From: an uncultured Marinoscillum sp.
Lineage (GTDB): Bacteria > Bacteroidota > Bacteroidia > Cytophagales > MED-G16
DNA length: 64,000 nt
Reading direction: 5' to 3'
Assembly (NCBI GenBank): GCA_964467915.1
Contig: CAYXSW010000002.1
Location: 50,403-114,402 of the forward strand
Shown: in pieces, positions 42,332 through 52,960 of the stretch
How positions within the stretch are numbered: position 1 is the stretch's first letter
How the letters are laid out: each line of letters opens with the position of its first letter
Notes under the pieces: generated by a model
The model's database searches: none
Told to the model about the DNA's origin: nothing
What the model saw: the letters and a program-made list of their open reading frames with translations, nothing else
Position numbers and translations under genes: made by a program

Positions 42332-44740
42332 TTATTTTCTAATTTCAGCTCCAAGTAATTTTTCAAAATTTTCCATTAAATTTTCCATTGTACTATTAAT
42401 TTTCTTCTCTTCCAGTGTTTTTTTAACATCTTGAAGAACAAATCTTAATGCATATGCTATTTTTTTCTCTCCTATATTTTCGCCTTCATAAATATCATAT
42501 AGAGAATAATTCTTAATGATATCTCTTCTGTTTTTATTAATGATATTTGATATCTCTGAAAATTTTTTATCTTTTGAAAGCACTAAAGAGATATCTCTTT
42601 TAACTTCAGGAAATTTAGATATAGAACTAAATGAGAATTTATCATTAAAACTGGTCATATAATTTTGCCAATCTATTTCACAGAAGTATACTTCTTGATC
42701 TATATCAAATTTTGAAGATATTTTTCTGTTTACATTTCCAATTTTACAAATGGATTTCTCATGATATTTTATTTCAAAACAATTAGAAAGTGATCTTGAT
42801 TTATTTTTTTCTATTGAGTAGTTTTCAATATCTGCAATTACTAATAATTTGTTTACTAAATTCAAGAGATCAAAAAATTTAATTTCTTTAGGTTTTGAAT
42901 TAAAGTGTTCATCCTTTAATAATCCTGTCACATAGATGCCTATTTTTTTTGTTTCTTTAAGTGATTTCTTTTTCTTTTTATAAACCTTATCAAATTCAAA
43001 AAATTTTAAATTATTTTGTTTTCTGTTTAGATTATGTCTTATTGATTCAAGGCCAGTATATAAGAGGTCTTGTTTTAAAACAGCATGTTCATCACTAAGT
43101 TTATTAACCATTTCAATAGTTGCAGATGTATCCCATTCCTTACTTGTACTATGTTTTAAAGATGTTAGAGAATTAGTTGTTATTTCATAAAATCCACTGG
43201 ATACTAATAGATCCATAACTCTAGATAAAATAATGTTTTCATATGATCCTGGACGTTCTTCTGATAAATAATCACTTTTAAGTGTAGAAGATAATTTGAT
43301 GTTATTATATCCGTAGACTCTGAGAATTTCTTCAACTATATCTGCCTCTCTTAATACATCTACCCTGTATGGTGGAACAGTTGCTATTGTAATATTATTA
43401 TCACTTGTGACATTAACATCAAGTCTTTTTAAAATTTTATTAATTTCTGATTTACTAATATTTTGTCCTATTAATTTATTTATTCTGGCATAGCAAATTT
43501 CAATTTTATTATTTTCTATTTTTTTTGGATAAATATCATAAACTGTAGATGTCACTTTTCCTTTACAATATTTTTTTAGTAAAATACATGCTAGTTTCAA
43601 GGCATATATAGTAATATTAGGGTCGATCCCTCTCTCAAATCTATATGAGGCATCAGTCTTTAACATATGATTTTGACTGGATTTTCTTACATCTGATGGA
43701 TTGAAATAAGCACTTTCTAGAAAAATAGATTTTGTTTTCGAAGATACTCCAGAGATCTTGCCTCCGAAAACTCCGGCTATACATATTGGTTTCTCATCTC
43801 CATCACATATCACTAAATCATCACTCTTAAGCTTTCTTTCAATATCATCAAGAGATAAAAACTTTTCATTTTCTTTAGCATATTTAACTACAATTTTATT
43901 TTTTGAAATTTTATCTAAATCAAAAGCGTGTAGCGGTTGTCCTATGCTATGAAGAATGTAATTTGTTATATCAACAACATTATTGATTGGATTAATCCCA
44001 ATTGAAGTTAAAAGATTTTTAATTTTATTTGATGATTCTCCTACCTCAACACAATCAATTATACAACCAGCGTATCTAGGGCAAGCAGATCCTTCTTTTA
44101 TTTCAATATCAATACTTTTCGTTTCATTATTTGAAAAACTTTTAATCTCAGGCAGTTTAATTTTTCTATTATATATGGCTTTAATATCTCTCGCCACTCC
44201 AAGATGAGATGTCGCATCAGCTCTATTTGGTGTTAGAGAAATATCATAAATAGTATCAGAAATTATATTTAAACAATCTATTGCATTTTTACCAGTTGCT
44301 GAATTATTGGGTAGAACAATTACACCATCATGAGAATTTCCTATCCCGATTTCATCTTCAGAGCAAATCATTCCATTAGATTCTATTCCTCTGATCTTTG
44401 TTTTTTTTATTTCTAAAATTTGATGATTATTATTTTTAATTTTTGTTCCGGGTTTAGCAACAACAACTTTCTGACCAACACATATATTTTTTGCTCCACA
44501 AATAATTGATAGTTTTTCACCTCCAACATCAACTGTTGTCAAACTTAATCTGTCAGCATTGGGGTGTTTTTTTATAGATAATATTTCACCAACTACAAGA
44601 CATTTTAGAAGTTCATTGTCAGGAGCTATGGAAAAAACCTCATCAACTTCTAATCCAACCTCAGTTAGAATAGATTCTAAATCTTCAGGCGTCTCGTTGA
44701 TTTCTATGAATTTTTTTAACCAATTAAGAGAAATTTTCAT
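42332..44740 (-). CDS. pheT: Phenylalanine--tRNA ligase beta subunit
   Basis: MKISLNWL, HPNADRL, ICGAKN, TPNRADATSHLG, SYRFERG, FPEVKRDISL. Confidence 0.98.
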   Translation of the reverse strand: MKISLNWLKKFIEINETPEDLESILTEVGLEVDEVFSIAPDNELLKCLVVGEILSIKKHPNADRLSLTTVDVGGEKLSIICGAKNICVGQKVVVAKPGTKIKNNNHQILEIKKTKIRGIESNGMICSEDEIGIGNSHDGVIVLPNNSATGKNAIDCLNIISDTIYDISLTPNRADATSHLGVARDIKAIYNRKIKLPEIKSFSNNETKSIDIEIKEGSACPRYAGCIIDCVEVGESSNKIKNLLTSIGINPINNVVDITNYILHSIGQPLHAFDLDKISKNKIVVKYAKENEKFLSLDDIERKLKSDDLVICDGDEKPICIAGVFGGKISGVSSKTKSIFLESAYFNPSDVRKSSQNHMLKTDASYRFERGIDPNITIYALKLACILLKKYCKGKVTSTVYDIYPKKIENNKIEICYARINKLIGQNISKSEINKILKRLDVNVTSDNNITIATVPPYRVDVLREADIVEEILRVYGYNNIKLSSTLKSDYLSEERPGSYENIILSRVMDLLVSSGFYEITTNSLTSLKHSTSKEWDTSATIEMVNKLSDEHAVLKQDLLYTGLESIRHNLNRKQNNLKFFEFDKVYKKKKKSLKETKKIGIYVTGLLKDEHFNSKPKEIKFFDLLNLVNKLLVIADIENYSIEKNKSRSLSNCFEIKYHEKSICKIGNVNRKISSKFDIDQEVYFCEIDWQNYMTSFNDKFSFSSISKFPEVKRDISLVLSKDKKFSEISNIINKNRRDIIKNYSLYDIYEGENIGEKKIAYALRFVLQDVKKTLEEKKINSTMENLMENFEKLLGAEIRK

Positions 44741-44801
44741 AACACATAAAGTTAGTAAATAATATTTGTGAAAACATGTGCTTAATTATATAAGAATTAA
44801 A

Positions 44802-45398
44802 TTATTTGGATAATTTTTCTCCTGCTATTATTTCCATATCAATGTAATTATTTTTTGGTGGAATTGGACAGCTATATTCTTCATTGTATACACAATAGGG
44901 GTTATATGATTTGTTGAAATCAAGTTCTATCCTCCTGGCATTCTCAAATTCAATGTCAATATATCTCCCTCCAGGATAAGTTGATTCATTATTTGTTTTG
45001 TCAAAAAAACAAAAGAAAAGGTCACCTTTGTTTATTCCCTCTAAGTATTTATAAACTGGTAAAGCAAATTTAGATCTTCCAAGTTTAAAATTTAAGGTAG
45101 CAAAATCTGTAAATCTTTCAGAATTCCCAGTGGATGTTGCCAGTGTTATTGTGTCTATTCTTTCTTTTTCAATTACAGATGCAATTACTTTAAAATTGAC
45201 ATTCGGATCATAATAAGATAGCTTATAATTAGAATTTTTAAGTGGTGATGAAGAGGAGTTGTTTAGGAAGTCATTCCTTTCTTTTCTGTATTCTTTTAAT
45301 TTAATAGTATAGGTATCATATTCCTTACTTGAGTTATAAAGATAATATGCAATAGATAAAAAGATTGACGTTATTATAAGTGGAAGTGCTCCCCTCAC
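44802..45398 (-). CDS. DUF1684 family protein
   Basis: F.DKTN..STYPGGRYID, LDFNKSYNPYCVYN..YSCPIPP. Confidence 0.88.
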   Translation of the reverse strand: MRGALPLIITSIFLSIAYYLYNSSKEYDTYTIKLKEYRKERNDFLNNSSSSPLKNSNYKLSYYDPNVNFKVIASVIEKERIDTITLATSTGNSERFTDFATLNFKLGRSKFALPVYKYLEGINKGDLFFCFFDKTNNESTYPGGRYIDIEFENARRIELDFNKSYNPYCVYNEEYSCPIPPKNNYIDMEIIAGEKLSK

Positions 45399-45409
45399 AA
45401 ATTAAAACT

Positions 45410-45664
45410 TTATTTAAGAGAATTAACTCTCTTAGTAAGTTTTGACTTTAAATGAGCTGCTTTATTCTTATGAATGATGTTATTTTTAGATAATTTATCA
45501 ATCATTGAAACTGCTTCAGGTAGCTTTTTTTTAGCTGCAGTTTTCTTTGTTTCTTGCTCTAATTTTTTTATAACAGTCCTAGTAGACTTATGTTGGTACT
45601 TATTTCTAAGTTTCTTCGTCTCACTTGACCTAATTCTTTTAATTGCAGATTTATGATTTGCCAT
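45410..45664 (-). CDS. rpsT: 30S ribosomal protein S20
   Basis: MANHKSAIKRIR, IIHKNKAAHLKSKL. Confidence 0.99.
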   Translation of the reverse strand: MANHKSAIKRIRSSETKKLRNKYQHKSTRTVIKKLEQETKKTAAKKKLPEAVSMIDKLSKNNIIHKNKAAHLKSKLTKRVNSLK

Positions 45665-45681
45665 AATTATAATTTCGTGTG

Positions 45682-45689
45682 CAAATCTA
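45682..45689 (-). promoter_or_regulatory. Sigma-A -7 element (rpsT)
   Basis: Reverse complement of CAAATCTA is TAGATTTG. Confidence 0.6.
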
Positions 45690-45744
45690 TATTTTTATTT
45701 AACATACTCAAATAATCTTAAGCAAATTTATTACTAAACAAATT

Positions 45745-46785
45745 TCATTTATATGAGATATATCCTTCATTGTTAATTAATAATTGAGATTCAGGAAAGT
45801 CTAATTTTGTTAATTTGGCTATCTCGATTGCTGCTTCGTTTTCAGTGTCTAGAACAGGAACTCCTAGGCCAACTTGTTTTGCTGAAATAATTCTACCATC
45901 TATAAATTCACCTTTATTATTAATATTTACCTCAATTAATGGAGCAATTCCTCTTTTTCCTATTAAATTAAATCTGGCATAAGTTGCAAAATTACCAAGG
46001 CTATATGCTATAAATCTATTCTTATATATATCAACTGATCTTACCACGTGTGGACCGTGACCAAAAACTATGTCAGCTCCATTATCTATTACTAATCTTG
46101 AAAATTCATAAGGATTACCTCTATCTTCTCCAAGAAAGTACTCTCTTTTACGAGTAACCCTATTATAATCAGTTCCTTCTGCACCCCCATGAAATGATAC
46201 TATGACTATATCACAGTTAGAATCTAAATAGCTAATAATTTCTATTGCTTTTTTATAATTATTTATTTGAACAGTTTCTTTATTTGGAGAAAATGATGCA
46301 AATCCATACTTAATGCTATCTTTTGTGAAAATAGTATACGGTTTTTCTATTATCCCTGAGAAATAAATCCCATTTTCTTTTAGAATTTTTTGAGTGTTTT
46401 TTCTTCCTATTTCTCCAAAGTCATTTATGTGATTATTTGCTATGCTGAGAATATCAAATCCTGCGATTTTATAATTTTTCACATAATTGTCTGGACTTTT
46501 AAAAGCATAGCATTTTTTTGGGTCACTACAATTTTTAATTTCACCTTCTCCTGTCAAAATAGTGCCTTCTAAATTACCAAAAGCTATATCTGCCTCACTT
46601 ATTACTTTTGAGACATCTTTGAAAATTTCTTTTCCATCATTCTTTGGTAGGTAGCTTTCAGAGGGATAATTTGTTCCGATCATCATATCGCCAACTCCTA
46701 ATATCTTTATTTTCTTATCATAAGAAACTTCTCTTGTTGACAGATTAAGTAATGCAGTTATAATAAGATATAAGATTATATGCAT
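45745..46785 (-). CDS. CapA/PGA_cap family metallophosphoesterase
   Basis: VGDMM, FGNLEG, SIANNHINDFG, VSFHGG, FGHGPHV, YSLGNF. Confidence 0.9.
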   Translation of the reverse strand: MHIILYLIITALLNLSTREVSYDKKIKILGVGDMMIGTNYPSESYLPKNDGKEIFKDVSKVISEADIAFGNLEGTILTGEGEIKNCSDPKKCYAFKSPDNYVKNYKIAGFDILSIANNHINDFGEIGRKNTQKILKENGIYFSGIIEKPYTIFTKDSIKYGFASFSPNKETVQINNYKKAIEIISYLDSNCDIVIVSFHGGAEGTDYNRVTRKREYFLGEDRGNPYEFSRLVIDNGADIVFGHGPHVVRSVDIYKNRFIAYSLGNFATYARFNLIGKRGIAPLIEVNINNKGEFIDGRIISAKQVGLGVPVLDTENEAAIEIAKLTKLDFPESQLLINNEGYISYK

Positions 46786-46929
46786 AATTTTTTAAAAGTT
46801 ATAGCAATTTAAATATACCTATATATCAATTATTATTATTTTCTTCACGATAAATAAAAAAAAAATTCACTTTTATTTGATTTTTTAAATTTAAAATTAT
46901 TCTTTTTGCGGATAACAAAAACAATTAAG

Positions 46930-47151
46930 ATGTATTGGACTTTAGAACTTGTTAACCATTTAGAGGATGCTCCATGGCCAGCTACTAAAGATGAGTTAAT
47001 TGAATTTTCGATTAGAACTGGTGCTCCAGCAGAAGTAACTGAGAATTTACAAGAGCTTGAAGATGATGGTGCTCCATTTGAAAGTATTGAAGAAATCTGG
47101 CCTGATTATCCTACAAAAGATGATTTCTTTTTTAATGAAGATGAATACTAG
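46930..47151 (+). CDS. DUF2795 family protein
   Basis: MYWTLELVNHLEDAPWPATKDELI...WPDYPTKDDFFFNEDEY; ATG 46930 preferred. Confidence 0.88.
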   Translation: MYWTLELVNHLEDAPWPATKDELIEFSIRTGAPAEVTENLQELEDDGAPFESIEEIWPDYPTKDDFFFNEDEY

Positions 47152-47156
47152 TTTTT

Positions 47157-47807
47157 CTAAAAGAATCTTAAATCTTTCTTAGTTGTTATTTTAATATTTT
47201 GTTCTTCTCCTAAAACTAAATTAATTTTTATTCCCCCTGTTTCAATCAGACTTGCTTCATCAGAGTAATTGGTATCTTCAACTTTACTAAATATTTTTAA
47301 AAGCTCATTTACTCTAAATACCTGAGGTGTCTGTATTTGAACATATGATGACCTGTCCACTGAAATTGATTTATTTGATTTCTTATCAAGTTTTCTCAAT
47401 GAATTTGTTGATTTTGTATAAGGAACTGCATTCCCCTTTTTTTCAGCCTCATCAAATACTTTTTCAATTAGTGTTTTAGTCAAAAATGGCCTTACACCAT
47501 CATGTATTCCAACATATCCTCTATCATCATTTATAGATTTAATTCCATTTCTCACAGAAATATTTCTTGTTTTGCCTCCTCTAACTAAAATAGTTTTTTC
47601 CTCAATGAAATTAGATACGTAATCTCTCCATTTGGAATAATTATCATCAGGGAGAACTATGTGAATTTTTAGGTTTTTAATATTCTTCAGTTTGTTGTAT
47701 GTGTGTGCAATTATTGGGATGCCATCTATTTCAATAAACTGTTTTGGGATATCAGAATCCATTCTCTCTCCGGTTCCAGCAGCCATCAAGATTATAGTTC
47801 TTGTCAT
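47157..47807 (-). CDS. ispD: 2-C-methyl-D-erythritol 4-phosphate cytidylyltransferase
   Basis: AAGTGERM..DIPKQF, GG.TR..SVRNG, IHDGVRPF, IQTPQ.F, NIKITT..DL. Confidence 0.92.
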   Translation of the reverse strand: MTRTIILMAAGTGERMDSDIPKQFIEIDGIPIIAHTYNKLKNIKNLKIHIVLPDDNYSKWRDYVSNFIEEKTILVRGGKTRNISVRNGIKSINDDRGYVGIHDGVRPFLTKTLIEKVFDEAEKKGNAVPYTKSTNSLRKLDKKSNKSISVDRSSYVQIQTPQVFRVNELLKIFSKVEDTNYSDEASLIETGGIKINLVLGEEQNIKITTKKDLRFF

Positions 47808-47810
47808 GAT

Positions 47811-48857
47811 TTAAATTATAAGTAGAGCGTCACCATACGTATGAAACATATATTTTTCTTTTATAGCTACTTTGTATGCTTTCATAATGGTATCAAAGCC
47901 ACCAAATGCAGTAGCCATCATAAGTAGTGTTGACTTTGGTGAGTGAAAATTTGTTATCATTCCACTACATATTTTGAATTCATAAGGTGGAAAAATAAAT
48001 TTATCAGTCCATCCTGATTTTGCTTTCAATGTATCATTAGCATTAACAGCAGTTTCTAATGTTTTCATGCTCGATGTTCCAACAGCAAATATTCTGTTTT
48101 TATTTTTAAGTGCATTATTTACTGCTATTTCCGTCTCTATTGGAATTGAATAATTTTCTGAATCCATTTTATGTTTAGTAAGATCTTCCACATCAATATC
48201 TTTAAATGTTCCAAGACCAGTATGAGACGTGATATTAACAATTTTAATGCCTTTTAATTCAAGTTTTTTAAGTAAAATTTGAGTGAAATGAAGTCCTGCT
48301 GCTGGAGCTGCAACGGCGCCTATATTTTTTGCGTACACAGTTTGGAATCTCTTCTCATCTTTTTTGTCGACTTTTCTTTTTATCTCTTTAGGTAATGGTG
48401 TTTCACCATACTCATGAATTATATCATAGAAGTTTTTTTCACTATCTTCAGGGATAAACCTAATAGTTCTTCCGCGAGATGTTGTGTTGTCAATCACCTC
48501 TGCAACTAATTCTCCATCTCCAAAGTAAAGTTTATTTCCAACTCTTATCTTTCTAGCAGGATCAACTAGAACATCCCAAAGGTTTAATTCTGGGTTAAGT
48601 TCTCTGAGTAAAAAAACTTCAATCTTTGCTCCAGTTTTTTCTTTTTGACCGTATAATCTTGCTGGAAAAACTCTAGTATTGTTAAGTACTAACACATCAT
48701 CTTCCTTAAAATATTTTATTATGTCTTTAAATTGTTTGTGCTCAATTTTTCCACTTTTTTTGTGGACTACCATTAACCTTGACTCATCTCTATTTTCTGA
48801 AGGGTGGATTGCAGTTCTAGTTGAAGCTAACTTAAAATCAAATTGAGAAAGTTTCAT
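47811..48857 (-). CDS. queA: S-adenosylmethionine:tRNA ribosyltransferase-isomerase
   Basis: [53 protein letters not shown]. Confidence 0.97.
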   Translation of the reverse strand: MKLSQFDFKLASTRTAIHPSENRDESRLMVVHKKSGKIEHKQFKDIIKYFKEDDVLVLNNTRVFPARLYGQKEKTGAKIEVFLLRELNPELNLWDVLVDPARKIRVGNKLYFGDGELVAEVIDNTTSRGRTIRFIPEDSEKNFYDIIHEYGETPLPKEIKRKVDKKDEKRFQTVYAKNIGAVAAPAAGLHFTQILLKKLELKGIKIVNITSHTGLGTFKDIDVEDLTKHKMDSENYSIPIETEIAVNNALKNKNRIFAVGTSSMKTLETAVNANDTLKAKSGWTDKFIFPPYEFKICSGMITNFHSPKSTLLMMATAFGGFDTIMKAYKVAIKEKYMFHTYGDALLII

Positions 48858-48881
48858 ATTATTTGTTTAATAAAATTACCT

Positions 48882-48904
48882 TAGTTTTGAGGTTTGCAAA
48901 ACTA
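48882..48904. promoter_or_regulatory. Divergent sigma-A -7 elements for the ABC permease (+) and queA (-)
   Basis: TAGTTTTG on + at 48882-48889 and TAGTTTTG on - at 48904-48897. Confidence 0.55.
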
Positions 48905-48932
48905 ATTAATTAGTTTAACATACGTTTAATAT

Positions 48933-50192
48933 ATGAAATTATTTTTAAGGCTTGTAAAAGAAAGCTTTATTTTCTCCTTTAATTCATTGGTAGCTAATCC
49001 TATTAGAACATTCCTGTCTCTCTTGGGTGTAACGATTGGAATTTTCACAATAATAGCAGTTCTTTCAACTGTAGATTCTCTTGAGAGAAGTATTAAAGAC
49101 AATTTGAGTTTTTTAGGAACAGATAATCTTAGAGTGGAGAAATGGCCATGGGATTTTACTAATCCTGGCTATGAGTGGTGGAAGTTTTGGAAAAGACCAG
49201 AACCTATTTATAATGAATATGAGTTTCTTAAAGATAATCTAAGTAACGCAGAATCTGTTGAAATTATAAGTGCTAGAGGAGGCATAAATGTTAAGTATTT
49301 AAATAATAATTCTGTCATTGATAACTTAAATGGTATAGTCTTTGAAAATAAATTTTTCTTTGATTGGGAATTTGTCTCAGGAAGATTTTTCACTCAAAAT
49401 GAAACACTTACTGGTACAAACGCCGCTATAATTGGCCATAAAATAATGAAGGATTTATTTAAGACACCCGAAAATGCAATTGGTAAGCAATTGAAGATAA
49501 AAGGCAAATCATTTACAATTATTGGTGTTCAAAAAGAGCAGGGTGAGGCTTTTGGTGGGGGAGATTCTTTTGATAGACAGATGTCGATTCCTTTTAATAG
49601 TTTTAAAAAAATATACAAGGTAGGAAAAAAAGGATCTAATGCAGTTATAAGGGTTAAAGGCATTTCAGATACCGATCCTGGGCTAAAGAATCTAGAGTAT
49701 GAGTTGATAGGTCTTTTGAGAGCTAAAAGAGGTTTGAAGCCTATTGAAGAAGATAATTTTGCTATAAATAGACCTGAGTATTTATCTTCTTTCGTTGATA
49801 TAATTTTTGTTACAATAACTATTGCGGGCTGGGTTATTGGAAGTTTTTCTATTCTTGTAGGTGGATTTGGAATAGCTAATATTATGTTCGTCTCGGTTAA
49901 GGAGAGAGTCCCTATTATAGGACTTCAAAAATCGCTTGGCGCAAAAAAATATTTCATATTGATGCAATTTTTATTTGAGTCATCCTTTCTAAGTATTTTT
50001 GGGGGTCTCTTTGGTATTTTCTTTGTTTTTTTACTGACAATACCAGACATTGGATCTTTTGATCTAGTAATTTCATTTAAAAATATCATAATTGGAGTTA
50101 CTATTTCCTCACTTATAGGAATATTGGCTGGGTTTTTTCCGGCTTTATTTGCTTCTAATCTTGATCCAGTTGAAGCTATTCGCTCTAATTAA
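48933..50192 (+). CDS. MacB/FtsX-family ABC transporter permease
   Basis: [14 protein letters not shown], periplasmic core, [34 protein letters not shown]; no ATPase adjacent. Confidence 0.92.
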   Translation: MKLFLRLVKESFIFSFNSLVANPIRTFLSLLGVTIGIFTIIAVLSTVDSLERSIKDNLSFLGTDNLRVEKWPWDFTNPGYEWWKFWKRPEPIYNEYEFLKDNLSNAESVEIISARGGINVKYLNNNSVIDNLNGIVFENKFFFDWEFVSGRFFTQNETLTGTNAAIIGHKIMKDLFKTPENAIGKQLKIKGKSFTIIGVQKEQGEAFGGGDSFDRQMSIPFNSFKKIYKVGKKGSNAVIRVKGISDTDPGLKNLEYELIGLLRAKRGLKPIEEDNFAINRPEYLSSFVDIIFVTITIAGWVIGSFSILVGGFGIANIMFVSVKERVPIIGLQKSLGAKKYFILMQFLFESSFLSIFGGLFGIFFVFLLTIPDIGSFDLVISFKNIIIGVTISSLIGILAGFFPALFASNLDPVEAIRSN

Positions 50193-51180
50193 CTAACTTT
50201 TCTTTAATTAATCCTTCAAGTTCAGCGGTTAATTCTGGATTATCCTCAATTATTGTCTTGACAGAGTCTCTTCCTTGTCCTAGTTTTTCTCCTTTGTATG
50301 AGAACCATGAACCTGATTTTTGTATAAGCTCAAGCTCAACCCCAAGGTCTAATATTTCACCTGATTTTGATATTCCTTTACCGTACATAATGTCAAACTC
50401 TACTACCTTAAATGGTGGAGCAACTTTATTTTTTACAACTTTAACTTTTGTTCTATTACCCATAATACTATCTGGGCTATCTTTAATTTGTCCTATTCTC
50501 CTTATGTCTAATCTAACTGATGAATAAAACTTTAGTGCGTTACCGCCTGTTGTAGTTTCAGGATTACCGAACATGACACCTATCTTTTGTCGTAATTGAT
50601 TAATGAATATACAAACACATCCTGACTTATGTATGGCACCTGTTAGTTTTCTTAGAGCTTGTGACATCAATCTAGCCTGGAGCCCCATCATGCTGTCACC
50701 CATCTCACCCTCTATTTCTCCTTTTGGAACTAGTGCAGCAACTGAATCAATAACTATCATATCAATTGCATTAGATCTAATTAAATGTTCTGTTATCTCA
50801 AGTGCTTGCTCTCCGTTATCTGGTTGAGATATCAATAAATTTTCTGTGTCTATACCTAAGTTTTCAGCGTATGTCTTGTCAAAGGCGTGTTCTGCATCTA
50901 TAAATGCTGCTATCCCTCCTTTTTTTTGTGCTTCAGCTATGCAGTGCATAGATAGAGTTGTCTTACCTGATGATTCTGGTCCATATATTTCAACTACCCT
51001 TCCCTTTGGTAATCCTCCAATCCCTAATGCTATGTCTAGACTTAATGATCCAGTAGGAATACTTGGAATTTTAACTATATTTTCATCACTAAGTTTCATT
51101 ATTGTGCCTTGACCGTAAGTCTTCTCAAGTTTTTCGATTGCTAAACCGAGAGCTTTTGATTTTTCTTTTGTTTCTTTCAT
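50185..51180 (-). CDS. recA: Recombinase RecA
   Basis: [46 protein letters not shown]. Confidence 0.99.
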   Translation of the reverse strand: MKETKEKSKALGLAIEKLEKTYGQGTIMKLSDENIVKIPSIPTGSLSLDIALGIGGLPKGRVVEIYGPESSGKTTLSMHCIAEAQKKGGIAAFIDAEHAFDKTYAENLGIDTENLLISQPDNGEQALEITEHLIRSNAIDMIVIDSVAALVPKGEIEGEMGDSMMGLQARLMSQALRKLTGAIHKSGCVCIFINQLRQKIGVMFGNPETTTGGNALKFYSSVRLDIRRIGQIKDSPDSIMGNRTKVKVVKNKVAPPFKVVEFDIMYGKGISKSGEILDLGVELELIQKSGSWFSYKGEKLGQGRDSVKTIIEDNPELTAELEGLIKEKLVN

Positions 51181-51193
51181 TGTATCTATTTTT

Positions 51194-51239
51194 TGCTAAA
51201 ATAAATAGTAATTTTTTTAAATGCTAATATTTTTAGTAA
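51194..51239. promoter_or_regulatory. Two palindromic operator-like boxes upstream of recA
   Basis: TGCTAAAATAAATAGTAA (51194-51211) and TGCTAATATTTTTAGTAA (51222-51239), 14/18 identical; the second is a perfect CTAA-N5-TTAG. Confidence 0.65.
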
Positions 51240-51268
51240 AATTTAATAAAAATTAACTTAAAGATCTT

Positions 51269-51308
51269 CAAATATACGTACTTAGGTTATCTTATTTTAA
51301 TATTTTTG
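51269..51308. promoter_or_regulatory. Divergent sigma-A -7 elements (recA distal, DUF3108)
   Basis: TATATTTG on - at 51276-51269; TATTTTTG on + at 51301-51308. Confidence 0.45.
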
Positions 51309-51329
51309 CGACTATAACCATCTTTTCAA

Positions 51330-52124
51330 TTGAAAAAAATAATACTATTTATTTTACTATTTATTTCTCAGCTCCATTTAAGTGGTCAGGAGTTCAAACC
51401 TGTTCCTGGTGAAAAAATTGATTTTCTTGTCTCATTTGGAATATTTAATGCTGGAGAGGCGTCTATGATAACTGATACCTCTACTTATTTAATCGTAGAT
51501 GATAATTCATATAAGATTGATGTATTTGGAAAATCTGTAGGGATATTTGATTTTTTCGCAAGGGTAAGAGATAACTGGGGTGTCTACATTACCTCGCCGG
51601 AACTTCAACCAATAAAGTTTTATAAATATTTAGCAGAGGGAAAGTACAGAAAAAATGAAATATTAAATTTTATTGAAGATTCAGATAGTGTCCAAATTGA
51701 AATCTTGGACAAACAGTCTAAGGAATTTATTGAAAATAAATATTTACATTTTGAAAATGATATAAAAAAAATAATTAGATCCTACTTCATGAATTACTGG
51801 ATAGCAAGTTTAGCTTACCTAAGATCTCAAGATTATACTAATTTTTACTCTTCCGAGCTTGTCGATATTCCATACTTTGACGAGAACGATAAATTTAGTT
51901 ATCAGATGAAGTTTTTAAGGAGGGATACAATAGAGACAAAAATAGGTAATTACAATTCTTTAGTCTTTGCACCAATAATTCCAAAAAATAAATTGTTTGA
52001 AGGAGAAGATGCGGTTAAATTTTGGTTGACTGATGATAATTTGAAAATACCTCTAAAGCTTGAAGCAAAAATGAATTTTGGTAGTTTTCTTATCAAAATT
52101 TCTGACTACTCTAATATTAAATAA
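51330..52124 (+). CDS. DUF3108 family secreted protein
   Basis: Signal peptide; GEKIDF.VSFGIF.AG, FARVRDNW, WLTDDNLKIPLKLEAKM.FGSF; TTG start. Confidence 0.75.
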   Translation: MKKIILFILLFISQLHLSGQEFKPVPGEKIDFLVSFGIFNAGEASMITDTSTYLIVDDNSYKIDVFGKSVGIFDFFARVRDNWGVYITSPELQPIKFYKYLAEGKYRKNEILNFIEDSDSVQIEILDKQSKEFIENKYLHFENDIKKIIRSYFMNYWIASLAYLRSQDYTNFYSSELVDIPYFDENDKFSYQMKFLRRDTIETKIGNYNSLVFAPIIPKNKLFEGEDAVKFWLTDDNLKIPLKLEAKMNFGSFLIKISDYSNIK

Positions 52125-52211
52125 AAATTAACTGTATTTAATCTTTAAATTAATTATTAAAATTTGGAGAAATATTTTTAATAAATATTTAATTTAAATC
52201 TAAATTACATT

Positions 52212-52895
52212 ATGTCTAAATCTGATTTTAAGATTCTTACAATTGACGATGAGAAGGATATTCTACTTCTACTGAAATTTAATCTTGAATCTGAAGGTTA
52301 TTATGTTAAAACTGCTAAATCTGGAAAAGAAGGTATTGAGATTGCAGAAAAAATTAATCCCGATCTAATTCTTATTGATATAATGATGCCAGATATGGAT
52401 GGTATAGAGACCTGCAGAAGAATGAGAGAAATAGAAAAATTTCAATCAACATATATTCTTTTTCTTACGGCTAGGGTAGAAGAGTATTCAGAAGTAGCTG
52501 CATTTGATGCAGGAGGTGATGATTATATTACAAAACCAATAAAACCAAGAGCATTAATTAGTCGAATAAATTCATTTTATAAAAGAGAATCTTCAAAAAT
52601 AACCTCAAAGAATTCAATTTCTATAGGAGATTTATCAATTGATAGAGATAGTTATGTTGTTAAAATGAATGGGAAAGAGATTTTTTTCCCAAAAAAAGAG
52701 TTTGAATTATTATATTTTCTAGCTACAAATCAAAAAAAGGTTTATAGTAGAGACTTGTTATTAAGAAATATTTGGGGTACAGATGTCCATGTGGTACCTA
52801 GAACTGTAGATGTACATATCAGGAAAATAAGAGAAAAACTTGGTAAAGATTATATTACTACGATCAAAGGGGTTGGCTACAAGTTTAAAAATTAA
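52212..52895 (+). CDS. OmpR/PhoB-family response regulator
   Basis: IDDE, LILIDIMMPDMDG, DDYITKP, KKEFELL, RTVDVHIRKIREK, TIKGVGY. Confidence 0.96.
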   Translation: MSKSDFKILTIDDEKDILLLLKFNLESEGYYVKTAKSGKEGIEIAEKINPDLILIDIMMPDMDGIETCRRMREIEKFQSTYILFLTARVEEYSEVAAFDAGGDDYITKPIKPRALISRINSFYKRESSKITSKNSISIGDLSIDRDSYVVKMNGKEIFFPKKEFELLYFLATNQKKVYSRDLLLRNIWGTDVHVVPRTVDVHIRKIREKLGKDYITTIKGVGYKFKN

Positions 52896-52960
52896 ATCAT
52901 AAGTTTACCTTGATTTATCTGCTTGGTGAGATGCTTAAAAATATTAATTAAATTTATTTA

